Positions 24,425 to 40,019 of a stretch of 64,000 nt of DNA are shown one piece after another. A program made the translations under genes and the position numbers. Location of the stretch: assembly GCF_009914755.1 (NCBI RefSeq), contig NC_060937.1. One strand, written 5' to 3'. The DNA is from the human T2T-CHM13v2.0 reference genome, Homo sapiens. Positions within the stretch are counted from its first letter, which is position 1. Each line of letters opens with the position of its first letter. Under the pieces are notes generated by a model. That model was not told the DNA's origin. It saw only the letters and a list, made by a program, of their open reading frames with translations, and did not search any database.

Positions 24425-26829
24425 TGTTCATTGGTACAAACTCTGTATATGTTACAAGAGTACACAGTAGGACTCCTAGGAGTTCAGAAACGGGCAGGGC
24501 CCCCGTGGCTGGGATGATCAGAGAGAAGCTGCCACGAGGGGAGAAAGATTTGGCTTGAGTCAGAGAAAAGTAAAAGAACTTATATATGTGGAGGATTTTA
24601 GCTGAGGGGATGGCAAGTGGGTGGTACTGAGGCTCCCACGGCCTCCCCATTTTATGTGAACAAGATGAACTTCACTATTATCATGTTATATATTGGGGGG
24701 CCAGGGTCTTCCAAGTAAGACTTGGTGTGAAGAAGCTTTTTGTTCACACACACACACACAAATTGAAAACCAATGACTTGCTTAAAGGCAACTGGTGGAT
24801 GAGACAAGAGCGGTATCTGAAAAGAAGATTTACATTCCCTAATGTGCATTTGTTCAGGGAGTCATTTGATAAACTTACCGAGGACCTCTTATGTTCTAGG
24901 TAAGAGGTGGAGGACACAAAGATCACTGAGATACTGTGGCTCCTGCTCCCGGCTTCTACTCGTGGGACAGTCAGCCACTTAAGTGAACATAAGATGAGCA
25001 AAGGGTGCCTGGGGCCATCACACTGAGCAAAGAGCCATCGGGGCCATCACATTTGCCAGGAGCACAAGGGTGGAAACTGAAAGGCTTCACTGATAGAAGT
25101 GACATGTGGGCTATGTGGCTGAGTGATGCATGCTGCCTCTTTATGTTTCAGGATATCAAGCAGTGTCTTGTCCCCTCCAAAGATGCACTTGAGGGGCTCC
25201 CCTCTGTCAAAGCGATGGGGCAGGCAGTGTGCAGGAGGAAGAAAGGCTAGACTCAGCCACAGGACCCCAAGTGTGAGCAGGGGAGCCACAGCAGTGCCCT
25301 CAGCAGAGCCTTGCTGGGAGCCTCCACCTGCAGAGGTAAAGTGCAGCTGGAGCTGAGCCCCTGGGAGGAAGGCAGACCAAGGCTTTTCTGGAAGACTCCT
25401 TGGGGCTGCTTTCAAGAGTTGCTCTGGATTAGCCTTTTCTGCCTTCTTTTTGCTTTAACAACTGTACAATCCCTGTGCTAGAAGAGCCCTCTGTGGCCAT
25501 GGAAGCGCCTAAGTGCAGGATCAAAGGGTTTGCTGGTCAGGTGAAGGGACTCAACAATATGAACAAAATTAGGCGCATTTAGTTCCTTTTTGGGACTCCT
25601 AACTTTTCATTTTCATATGGCTGCGGAGGGCATGCCTAGCATATCTGTGGAACCAGGGTGCCTGTGGAGAATGGATGCATAATAAACGTTTGGACCATGG
25701 AGTGAAATAAGCCAAATAGGGCATAGCTTCATAATTAAATTCACAGATGAAACCTGATGGAGATAGGATCTGGGAACACCAGCGACAATTGAGAAACTGC
25801 CCCAGAGGGATAGAGGGGAAAGGGACTAGCTGTATAGGCAGGAAATAACAACTTGAGGTTTGACCTTGAACAATGGAAGGCTAATTCACCTGGGCTGACA
25901 TAATTGAAAACACAGATATACAGCACAGAAAAGGCACATGGAAATGTAAACCGTTGATAAGAGCTTGGGGAGAGTAAGTAGCAAATTGGATTGCAGATTA
26001 AATCAGGGCAAGGTTGCAAATTACTCAACTCCAGTGAGGGGTCTGCTAGACTTACAGCCCTGCTTGGCTCCACTGTGAGCTGGTGCAGGCAAAGGAAAGG
26101 CTGGGACATCATAAGATAGGGACCCAGGGCTTCTTCCTTCACCAATGCACAGAGGAACACAGGCAAGAGCTAATAGCAGGGAGGTCACTGATTGGTGTGG
26201 GCCTGTGTCTCTCTTGGCTTAAATAAAGTGGGAAAGAACACTTTGCCTTACATGCAAGATCCTCTGGGATGAGGTGGGGTAGGGAGGCTTCAGAGAGGAG
26301 GCTGGGGAGCTGATGTAGGTGATGGGGACATAGGTCAGGAAAGGAATTTGCATTTAGAACGAAACGTGGCACATGGTGGCACTCAATTTGTGTTAACTGC
26401 CACCAACCTCAACTCGCCTCAGAGTAAATATTGGGGCCTCTCCAATGGGAGCGTGGGCCCACTAGTGATTCTAGGTTTCTCCAGGTGGTCCTGAGCTGCC
26501 ATATTGTACGTGTTTTTAATGCTTTCCCAGTGCCTAGTCTTTTGCTTTTGACACGAGTTACTTTTAGAATTTTATGTATTTCATTGTCTCATAAATACAG
26601 CTTCATTCTTTTTTTTTTTTTTTTTTTTTGTAATAAGCAAGAGTATAGAGATTAAATAGGGTCTTGGGTCCACTTAAATTGCCCACAGGTCAAAACATTC
26701 TGAGAAACAACGCTGCCAGTGATTAAAAAGAGCCAATTTAGAGGCTAATTTAGTAATTTATTAATTAATTTACTAATTTCTTAAATGTATTTAGAGGCTA
26801 CTTTAGTAGTTATCCTCCCTGTTAGGCAG

Positions 26830-27400
26830 GCACAAAAAGATCCTTGGCCTCTGTCCCTTCTCTTTACCTCTCACGTTGACTGTTGATCTGGTGGATTCTA
26901 CTTCCTTCAATACCTTCACAGCTGTCCCCTTCTTACAAGTCCCACTGCCACTGGCTGTCTTCACCCCAGGAGATGCAGTGCCTTCATCCCTGCTCCCCCT
27001 CTCTCCGCCTTCCATCTGCCCACCACCATTCTCAATGTGGGCTTTGACTGGGTCATTCCCCTTCTCAGAAGCTTTCAATTGCTTTTAAAAAATGTATTCT
27101 CAAATCCTGGTCCGCTGTTCCAGGCTCCCATCCCTTGCCCTTCTGCCCCTGCAGCTTCCGAATCATTCCACCTCCTGTACCTTGTGATCATTCCTCTCTA
27201 CCCACACAGGCTTTCCCCATGGATATCTTTTTTCCATGCTTCCTTTTCCTCCCAGGTCTCTCCATCCCACCCCATCTCTCTCTCTCATCTCCTCACATCT
27301 AAAGCCTATTAATCTTTCAAGACTCAGCTCAAGAGCACAAAGCCTTTCTCAGTTCCTCTAGCTTGAGGCTCTCTCTCCTTCCTCTGAGCTGCCATGATAT
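26830..27400 (+). mobile_element. L2 fragment
   Basis: Pyrimidine-rich decayed L2 3' region (attctacttccttcaatac...cccactgccactg...ctttcaagactcagctcaag...aagcctttctc). Confidence 0.55.
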
Positions 27401-27446
27401 GGGCACCTGTTCTGACCATCTCACAGAGAAAAAATGGGTCAGAGTC

Positions 27447-27630
27447 ACTGTGTTGTGTGTTAAGAGCCCATGCTTTAGAGTTCAGAGCCTGGCTCTGTCA
27501 CACACTAACCATGTGACCTTGAGCAAGTAAGTTAATCTCTCTGACCTTAAGCCTCCCTGTCTGCAAAACGTGTGACACGCTTGATGAAACATGTGTGATG
27601 TGCTTGGCAAGGTGGCTGTTAATGATCAGC
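27447..27630 (+). mobile_element. MIR
   Basis: ttaagagcccatgctttagag...tgtgaccttgagcaagtaagttaatctctctgacc...tctgcaaaa. Confidence 0.8.
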
Positions 27631-30600
27631 AATAATGCTCCTGAGCTGCATGGCACAGGGGGAGGGGCTGATATATGACAGCTATTATTATTACATACTT
27701 ACTAACCAAAAATAACATATTTTAGGTTATTGTATTTGTGTTCATGCCTTGCCTTAAGCCTTATGTTGGGCATTCCTTCAAGGCATAGCTCTTGGACGAC
27801 TCATCCTTGTGTCTTCTGAAACACCTACTATGTTGCCTACATCAAGTAGGTCCTCAGACAGTGTCTGTTAATGGCATCAGTGACCAAATTAACAGAAAAA
27901 TTATCAATGGCACCATGTGGAATGCTCTCTTAAAGCAAGTGTCCTATCATTTGGCTCAGCCTGGCCTTTACATTTCCACTAAGGTGACTGCACATTTCAG
28001 GCATTTACATGCAGGTGGGTGGGAGCAGAAAGTATGTTGTCAACAGGTGGTAACTTCGTGGCTTTGCCCTGTTGGGGTGTATGGTGGACGAATTCACTTC
28101 TATGCTTTATTTCCTCCCTTTATTTGACTAACCTGAATCTACCCAGCAACCAACACATAGAACAGAGCCTTAGAAATGGAGGCAGGTTTCCTCTGGGTCC
28201 CCTGGGAGCTTCAAGACCACACCATTATTAACTGGCTGGAAACAATTTAGCATCTGGCTCCCAAGGGATAGAAATGTAGAGAATGGGGTGAGAGTACATC
28301 CCATCCTGTCGTTTAAACAATATTCTGGCTCAGAAAGCAAAGAATCTAAACACATTTTTCCAAGAAAAAGTGAATGTAGTAATTTTCCTTGAAAGAGCTC
28401 AATAGGTCATTTCAGAGAACAGGATCTGTCCAGCAGAATTTGGAGAGGCTTTCTTTCTGAAGTGGTCTCCCTTCCTCCTTCTCTCTTGCAGACTCATGCC
28501 CTTCTAGTACCACCCTTGGAACTTAGTTCTTGTTTTGCACCCTGGACATGCATACTCCTGGGATGCCCAATCTGGGCTCATCCTCCTGAGGCTGGCTCCT
28601 GTACTCTGACTCCCTCCCACTTCTCCTCTGTCTTCATTTTTACCTTGGTTTGCTCTCAAACTATGCCAGATGCTCACCTGTTACTTGTCTCTTGCAGCAT
28701 GTGTGCTTTTTTTTTTTAATTAACCACTATTTATTAAACTTCTATAATGTATCAGGTGCTGAGGCAATCTTTTTAAATACATGTGTTCCTTTAATCTTAA
28801 AAACAATCTGTGCAATGATTATTGATATCTTCAATACATCAAAGTAAACTGGAGCTAAGAAAATGTACCATTAAATTACTACTGTTATAAAAGCAATTTT
28901 GATAGATGGTATTATTTCTCCCAAGTTTGTGTCTCTTTCCTAGTAGAAATACTATCTATCCTCGTCCTTTGCCATATGGTTATCTGTGCCTCCCAGGTGA
29001 AGGAATGTAGTTCACCAGATTGCTGACAAGCATGTGTGCTTTGTAATAAGGCCTTCTGGTGAGATGGTTTAATTCCAAAGAGCACTTTTAGTGGAGGAAA
29101 GATTTTGGCCCCATCTGATCTACCAAGGTCCAGTACCACCCCTGGAAACTAGATATGTTCTTATGTATCTACCATTTTCTTTCAAGTCATCTGTTCTCAA
29201 CCTGCTAGGAAAGAGTGAACACAAAAGCGAAACTGAGTAATTATACTGAAAATTCATATTGGGGCGCTTTTATAAAAGTGACACCACGTTTAACTATACT
29301 ACTGGAGAAATGGTGTGCTTTCAGGTAAAATTATTTCCAGGGGTTTGTAGGTACAACTTGAAGATTCTAAGCCTTGGAAGAAAGAGTTAAGGCCCAAATT
29401 CACTTCCTCCACTCCTTTTGAGGCATTTCTGAAATTAAACATTTTCCCAAGTTCTGCATAAAATCAGAAAAGGTCTATTGTTACTAAAGAGGAAAAGGAG
29501 ATTGCTCAGAAGTTGTTTTCCAGCCTTACACAGAGCAAAGGGCCTGGTGAGAGATGATTGTTTTGTCAGGATTCTGAAGCCTTTTTGGAATAAGACAAAA
29601 AGACAAAACAAGGTTAGGGTAGGAGGTGGCCTAAATAAAGAGGATATAATGCTAAGTAAATAGAGCTGAAAGTCAGGAACCAAATGAAACAAGGACAGTC
29701 AAAACAATCAGGGGGACTTGCTGAAACCAGCCAAACAACAACAAACAGCTAACAATATGGAAATGAGCCTTTTAGAGGAAAACTCCAAGCTATGCTACAC
29801 TATCCTGACTGTCCTTTCATGACAACATGAAACTAGTATCCCAGAAAGATGTAATATATGGCATCTGAAATGGCAGGAGTTGGAGTTTCCATGGTGAAAA
29901 TAGTTCACTTGTCTCAGGCTTTACTCACCAAGAACAAAATTATGCCAGTCTTGGTTTCTTATGTCAGCTGGGTCTATATCTACGATGGACCAAAGAGCTT
30001 TGTTCTTGGACTCTTTAGGCAAGTCCTTGGTGCTTATGGTTAGGGTCCCTGTGGCAGAGTCCTGGTAGAAAGGATGTCCCTCCAAATTCATATCCTATTT
30101 TTAAAGAATTTTATTGGGGACCCTGTAGATCAACATTGTGTATTTTATATTTTATTGATGAAGAGCCTGAGAGCTAGAGAGGTTATGCTGTTTTCAAGGT
30201 ATTATTTGAACATCTCTTTGCATATTGCAGCAATAGAATTGCTACAATAGGTCTAGATATTGACCTAGAGTGATCAAGAACATTGTGTTAATGAATATCC
30301 ATACATCTATGTATGACAACATGTCAAATGAAAAAAATAAGTTGGATATAAAATTGATTCCAACTAAGTTAAACATATATTATATCCAGAGAATAAAGAC
30401 TGAAAAGAAATAACACCAAAACATTAAAAGTGGTGCTCTGTGAGAGTGGGATTACAGGAAACTATTATTTTTCTTTGTTCTCTGTTTTCCAAATTTTCCA
30501 AAGTGAATATGTGTTACTTTTTTAAATTGGAAAAATAAACATTAGCAAGTTGTAAGTTTTATAAAAGAATAAAATTGTACATAAATATTATCAACCCAAA

Positions 30601-30641
30601 ATGGTGGAAGACAGTCAAACGAGGCTATGGAAGCTGTGTAA

Positions 30642-31048
<407 letters not shown>

Positions 31049-31216
31049 TGGGAGAGGGTTTTAACCAGGTGATCAAGCTACTCAAATATTCTGCAAAAAC
31101 AGAGACTTTAAGGCTCAAAATATAAAAGGTGAGGGAGGACAAACTCCCTGAAGATGAGGGTGGCATTGTAAGATGCCTCTATGAAGGTGCTAAGAGCTGC
31201 AGGACTTCTCTCCACT

Positions 31217-32705
<1,489 letters not shown>

Positions 32706-33673
32706 CCCTCCACCTCCTCAGGCACAGGGCTGGCCCCATCCATGCATCAATGGGCACTCATATCTGGTTGAGTGTAAATTAAGATGTAACTGGAGAAATC
32801 CATGTTCTGTGCCAGTTGTGATCTGCACTAGCTCTCCCTTTTCCATCTCAAGGCAATTCTGCCTGGGTTTCCTGCCTAAAGTCACATAGTCGGGAGCTAA
32901 TAGAGTTGGCCCCCAAACAAAGCGTCTCAACTCCTAGTTCTCTACTCCTTTCCACCAACACATGCTCCCCTCTTTTAAGTCATTCAGTTTCCGATATGTG
33001 GATTTTGTGCCTGAAAGCAAACTTTGAATTTTGGGGTGCCAAGTGTAGTCCTAAACATAGGTAGGATAGAATTATGTGGTGTAATAAAAGCCCCAAAATT
33101 CCATTGATCCAAAATATTTTTTTTATGTGTGAAACTAAATGCCTGAAAATTTGCCTTAGGAAACAACTCATTCCTTTGGGTGAAAATTCTTGGTTTCATA
33201 GAGTTCTTTATGTTAAGGATACATAGGAGAATCACTGGACAAGTAATAAGGGTCATGGAGTCTCCTCTGGCCCATTATGTGCAATCGAGCAAGTAGTTTA
33301 AACTCTTCGGGTCTGTTTTGTCATCTGTCAAAACTTGTAACTACTTCTTAGTTATCAGCCTGTAAGTGAGAATTAATTCATGAGATTTTTCTTTCAGTCT
33401 AGCTACTACAGAAGAAAGGGGCTTTGGATGTTTTAACAGGGGAAATTAAAAGGAGAGCTCTGAAGCATGAGCTACTCTTCACTGGATGCAGATTCAGGTG
33501 GGAGATTGGAGAGGGCAGCCCTCAAAGCTGGGGGTCCAGGAGAGATGGGAGGGCCCCACATGGAAATGCTGATTGGATCATGTTGTTTTGCACTTTTTAC
33601 CATGAAGACAGGCAGACTGCCTCTCATTTCCTCCTCTTACTACCTAACAAAGTTTGCACTTAACAAACGTCCA

Positions 33674-33970
33674 GGCTGGGTGCTGTGGGTCACGCCTGTA
33701 ATCCTGGCACTTTGGGAGGCCAAGGTGGGCAGATCACGAGGTCAGGAGATCAAGACCATCCTGGCCAACATAGTGAAACCCATCTCTACTAAAAATACAA
33801 AAATTAGCTGCGTGTGGTGGTGCATGCCTGTAATCCCATCTACTTAGGAGGATGAGGCATGAGAATCACTTGAACCCAGGAGGCGGAGCTTTCAGTGAGC
33901 CGAGATTACGCCACTGCACTCCAGCCTGGCAACACAGCAAGACTCCATCTAAAAAAAAACAAAAAAAAAA
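33674..33970 (+). mobile_element. Alu, AluSc-like
   Basis: gatcacgaggtcaggagatcaagaccatcctggccaac, ccagcctggcaacac, A tail. Confidence 0.94.
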
Positions 33971-34570
33971 TCTTAAATTTATTAGACTTCCCCATAGTAA
34001 TTGCACCCAGAGCCTGACTATAGGATTGGAGAACATGGATCAAACCCATGCTTCATGCACTCATAAGTTAAGGGAACGTTGATGAGGTTTCTCTCTTCTC
34101 TCTGGCATAATTGTACCTCACTGTTTGGTGAATGTCCTCTCTCAGGACACTCCTGATCCTGTTTTTCCAAAGCATCCTTTGTTCTTTAGTCCAGGACTTT
34201 CTTACCTTGTCATTTTCCAATCTATTCCTTAGGAGAGTCTATACTTCCCAAGCACACAAAGACTGATTCAGGCCTATACAGGTCCCTTGTACCTGCTGTT
34301 TAGCATGGTCACTGGGGCTAGTTGGGCCCCATCCTATGGTAGAGTTAAGGTTGCCAGCAGCTTGAAGGGGAGGGAAAGGGGACAGTCAGACTTGAGATGA
34401 TGGAGAAAGTACATAATTAGCCTCCAATTAATGAAGAATTGCCTGTCTTAGCTGCATTCTCATGTTCTCGAGTTAAACACATTTTTACCCAGAGAATCAG
34501 AGTCTCCTAAGAAACATAAGATTATCAATGAGTGGTTTGGGCCAATGCGGGCCCTTCCCAGACCAGATAG

Positions 34571-34900
<330 letters not shown>

Positions 34901-35279
34901 GGATATAGACCTTTATATTTATAGAAAGTATTCTAAAAGTTTTGACTTCTTAAAAGAGTTTAATTCCCTGTATTCGAAGGAGGGGGGAAATAAGAAACAA
35001 ACACCTATGCCATATTAAAAAGAGGGCCCAGATATTCATCCTTTGATATTACTAGAAAGGAGGCTAATGGTGAGGAGGCTAAGGAGGCTAATAGTGTGGC
35101 AGGCTATGGTCATCTGTTAGTATTTCTCTTATGATGGTGATATTCTGATAATCTTTATTAAAGGAAAAGTCCAGCTTGCATTCTCAGTTTCCTAAAACTT
35201 GAAAGTTCAGTCTTGGTATACATTTAAAAATTCATCAAACAGTGAAGTAAAATTATGCTTTTAATATTTTACATTTTCT

Positions 35280-35913
35280 GGAGAACACTTATATACTATT
35301 GATGGGAATGTAAATTCATTCAACTACTGTCAAAAGCAGCTGAGAAATTTCTCAAAGAACTTAAAACCAGAACTACCATTCGACTCAGCAATCTCATTAC
35401 TGGATATATATCCAAAAGAAAACACATCATTCTGCCAAAAAGACATGTACATTCATGTGTTCACTACAGCACTACTCACAATAGCAAAGACATGGAATCA
35501 ACCTAGGTGCCCATCAATGGTAGATTGGATAAAGAAAATGTGGTACCTACACACCATGAAATACTATGCAGCCATAAAAAAAGAATGAAATCTTGTCCCT
35601 TGCAGCAACATGGATGCAGCAGGAGTCTGTTATCCTAAGCGAATTATTAATAACACAGAAACAGAAAACCAAATACCATATGTTCTCATTTGTAACTGGG
35701 AGCTAAACATTGGGTACTCATAGACTTAAAGATGGAAACAATAGACACTGGGGAATACTGCGTGGGGTCAAACGTTGAAAAACTAACTATTGGATGTGAT
35801 ACTCCTTACCTGGGTGACAGGATCAATCATACCTCAAACCTCAGCATCACATAATATACCCATATAAGCAACCTTCACGTGTGCCTCCTGAATCTAAAAT
35901 AAAAGTTGAAATT
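35280..35913 (+). mobile_element. 5'-truncated old primate L1 (L1PA16/L1PREC2-like) 3' end
   Basis: ORF2 end (gaactaccattcgactcagcaatc...gaaaatgtggtac) and 3'UTR (caaacctcagcatcac...tgaatctaaaataaaagttgaaatt). Confidence 0.92.
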
Positions 35914-36056
35914 ATATATATATTTATATATAAATAAATATATATATATTTATATATAAATAAATTTATATATATTTATATAAATAAATTTATATATATT
36001 TATATATATAAATATATATATGTATTTATATATAAATAAATTTATATATATATTTT
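35912..36056. repeat. AT-rich palindromic simple repeat at the L1 tail
   Basis: ~145 bp of tatatatttatatataaataaa-type units containing a single G and no C. Confidence 0.92.
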
Positions 36057-39000
36057 AAAAACCTTAACTGTTGAGATTGACCAAATCAGCCAAGAGGGAT
36101 AATAAAATACCAGGAAAAGAAATTTTACATTTTCTTAGATGTTCATTGCAGAAATTTTGATAATTACAAAAATTATTATTTTTAATACAGCTATGTTCAT
36201 ATGTACCTCAAATTTGGATTATAATTATATGAATTTCTAAGTGTATTACAAAATGTTTTATAATGAATATTTCCCTCTTTCAGTAAATATTCTGCTAAGG
36301 TGTGAATTTTATGGCTGTGCAACATTTTATTGTGTAGCTAGAGCACAATGTGTGTAATAATTTATTTAACTCAATCCTCATTGGATTCTTGCTGTTTTGC
36401 TATTATAAAGAAAGCCATAATGACTCTCTCTCTGTGTATTTCTTTGTCTTTGGTTTAAAAGAATAACATTAGCATAGATGTCACCAGGCATACAGACATG
36501 ATCAGATTTTTCCAGTGGCATTTGCCAGCTGCCATTTTTTCTTGAATTCTTATTTTTTATATATTCCTGAGATGTTCACTGCTGCCAGCATGCTCTACCA
36601 TTATTCTTTCTGGACATCTCAGTGAATTAGGACTGGAGGCCAGCCATGGTGGTGCTGGGGCCACTGCAGCCAATGGAAGGCGAAGAAGAAGGAAGGTTCT
36701 GAGCCACTATTTGTATTTTAGATAGCAGCAGCAGTTGCTTCAACTTCTCCCAACAAAGAGACTTCTATCTCACTTTATCAAAAAGTTGAGCCACCCACAA
36801 ATGAGAAAGCACATTGAAAAAGTCTGATGCCAATGAAATGCGAGGCATTTAAATTATTAGTATTGGTATATTAAGATGCCTATGTTATTTCTGTTACCTT
36901 CTTATTAATCTGTACTGTTTCACAACTTGTCCCAAATGGTATCCCCAACTCTCTGGCATTTTGCATTTCATGGGTGAAATGGAAATGCAGATGATATCAG
37001 CAGTGATGGAATGAAATGAACTTTTTATACAGCTGAAAAATCACCCTGAGCTACTGAAATATAAGAGCATACATACATCATAGTCAAGTTGTCAAAGGGG
37101 GATATTTCACAGCTATGACCTCACAGCCATAAAATATAAGCTGTATAACATGTAAGGAAACCCAAGACAACTTTTCCAGATTTTCTTTTTTTACTAGTAA
37201 GATTACCACATGGAAAATAACTTTAACAAGTTATAATAATCTAATTAAAGGAATACTTAGAATTGCATAGACCTTTTCATTTTCAAGGGTTTGAATATCT
37301 TCTGTATTCCTTACGGCGGCACAGCATCATAACATCTGTTATCTCCACATCACATGCCCAACCCTAGTGTCCAGGTAAGGGAGTCAAGTCTTTTCACACC
37401 TTTGATGTTTGAGGCTGCATCCAGCCCGCCTTATTCCTCATTGCTAAATGGGCCACAGCAGCAGGTGGGTCCTGGTGAGTTAACTCCCAGCCGACAGCGG
37501 AGCTTTGCCAGCAGCTGTCAAAGTCAGTCTGGGGATAGGCTTTAACAAAAACTATCCTTTTGACCTTTCCCCACACAGAACTCACATCCAACTTGAATAA
37601 TTCATCACGGACTTCTAGGGCAGTTTTGAGAGTTTCTGAGGTTGCTTTAAAAATCTTGTCGTTCCCTTTTATTTAAGTGTCTTTGCTTTTCTTCAGAGTC
37701 AGTTTGATGATACTTGTTTTATTTTTTGCATCTTGGTTTTATTATTTATAATTAAGAAGATTTATGGCAAAATCAACAGTGCTGGAATCATTTGACAATT
37801 TAGTTAAATAATCTCCCTGATTATTATTAGTTTTCTACTACTTCTGGATGGACACCCTTCCAAATGGTTTTCTTCCCCATCTGGAAGAGCACAAGCTGAC
37901 TTAGGTGTCCACTAGTGAAGAGGGACAAAGATGAACATTATCTAGAAATTGGTGGACAAGAAATGTCAAAGCCTTAGTAGAGCTTTCAGTGGGCATGTTT
38001 TTTCCACCTAAGGTGTCCAAATTAAATGTTTGTAGGTGACATGCTGTTCTTAAGAGTAGATAATCCCCATTCCAAACCCTGTGAACTCTGACAGCTGCAT
38101 CATGATTTCTACAAATGTCAGAAGCTCCTATATCCTCGTGGTCACATTTGGCTCCGTCTTCCAGTCTTCATTGCATCTGCCTCTCTGCGCTGTCTCAGGG
38201 CAGTTGCTTAGTCTTTTGCCTTTGCCACTGGTTCATGGAATATAGCCCTTTTCCATGATTTTCTCAAATACTAACAACAACAACAAAACCCACAAAAGAA
38301 CGTATTTATGCCAGACTTTACTGAGGGTTTGGGGAACTGGAGGGGGTTTATATTGCAACAGTGCCTGGAATTCCTGGTGTTAAAAGAGCTCTGGTTCTTT
38401 TGCTCTCTCTTTATTTCTCAGGAACATCCCCCCTACTCCTGCTCACCAACTTCTGCCATTTTCTTATGCAGAGCAATCAGCTGCCTCCAATTCTTCCCCT
38501 GAACAGCACTGGGCCAGGTGCATTTCTCTGCCCATTCAAGGATTTTACTAAAACTTTGATATTTCTTGTACAACAGTTTCTAGATAATGTTCATCTTGTC
38601 CCCATGTTCTCTGGAGAAAGGAGTGAGTATTGATTACAAGGATGGAAGCTCTAATCTCAATCAGGAATGTGACTCTCACATTTCATGAGAATCACATTGA
38701 AGACCTACTAGGCATTCTCCCCACAAATTTTGTGTTGCTTTTCAGAATTCCTGTCTCCATCCCTCCTCCTCTGCCACCTTGCTCTTCCATTAGTTTAGTC
38801 CCTCATAGATAATAATTTCCTTAAAAATTGCGCCAAAATGTCTTTCCAGATTTCTAGGTGCAAGTTATCTTCAGCAGATACATTGGAGACTGAGTTGGAA
38901 ACACTAATGTGGAGTAAATCACCCCTCAGTTCCTCAGTCGGGGATCTCATCAGTTGGGTTTCAAAATGATTGATGAAGTTGGAGAGGAAACATGCATTTC

Positions 39001-39299
39001 TGCTATCTAGCAAAATAATACATAAAAATACATCACTTTTTAATAGATGTAGGGGAGGTGAATTATTCAATCTGGTTAACACATGAAACAGCAAATCTTA
39101 CATGTAGTCATGAAGTTATTGCTTTTGGAAATGATCTATTGGCCTGCTATTATCACCAAAATGGAAAGGAATAAAGACAAGCTCTGTAAACAGTTGCTGG
39201 AGTTTGGGAGGAGAGGAAAGAGGAGGAAATTAAAATGAGGGGAGAAATCTCACCTGTACAAAAAGCCCAGCAGTCCTGTTTAGCATATCTCTAATCATT

Positions 39300-39465
39300 G
39301 CTGACAACAACATCTAGGACTTACTATGTGCTTCACACATATTATCTCATTTAATCTCAAATCAGCCCACAAGGGAGGCTGTGTATTTATCTACCGCTAA
39401 GGCACAGAGAGGTTAGATAGCTTGCCCAGGGTCATTCAGTCAGTAAGGGCAGAGTCTGACTCTGG
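39300..39465 (-). mobile_element. MIR
   Basis: attatctcatttaatctca...ctaaggcacagagaggttagatagcttgcccagggtca. Confidence 0.8.
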
Positions 39466-39819
39466 GGATTGTGCCCTTCACCTTCGCATTACATTGCCCT
39501 CCAGGAAAGTCCAGGAGGGGATTTTCTTTCCCCATATAAATGCATGTAAGGATCCCAATGGCTGTAACCATTAGGATATCTTTTTCAGAATGCAAAGCGT
39601 CATCTTGCTTACAGAAGATATATGCAGACATACTGTGAAAAGGGTGAAGCATTAGATAACTATTATTGCTGTTAGTGTTGTTACCCCATGCATGTCCTTC
39701 TACTGTTAAGAAAACTACTTTCTTTGTCTTGAAACATTTCACTCCTATTAGATATTATTCAGTCTATTTTACAAATGATGAAAGTGAACCTTCCAGAGGC
39801 TTTTGGTTAATCAAAATTG

Positions 39820-40015
39820 CTTTGGAGTAATTCAGACCTCTATTCCCATACTGGCTCCACCATTTCTTAGCTGTGGTACCTTGGGGAAGTCTTGTACTCT
39901 TGCTGGGGCTTATTGTTCCATATGTAAAGGAATAATATTAATACCTTCCTACAAGACTTTTGTGAGCATTAGATATCATGAATATGAAGCCACTGTCTCA
40001 GTGTCAGGCACATAG
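39820..40015 (+). mobile_element. MIR
   Basis: ctggctccaccatttcttagctgtggtaccttggggaagt...tgtaaaggaataata...cagtgtcaggcacatagt. Confidence 0.75.
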
Positions 40016-40019
40016 TGGG

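Noticed and set aside
35058-35096. ggaggctaa repeated three times
   Set aside because: It is a very short slippage repeat with no further structure.
36646-36702. Strong Kozak gccATGG opening MVVLGPLQPMEGEEEGRF*
   Set aside because: It is only 18 codons, with no promoter or splice support.
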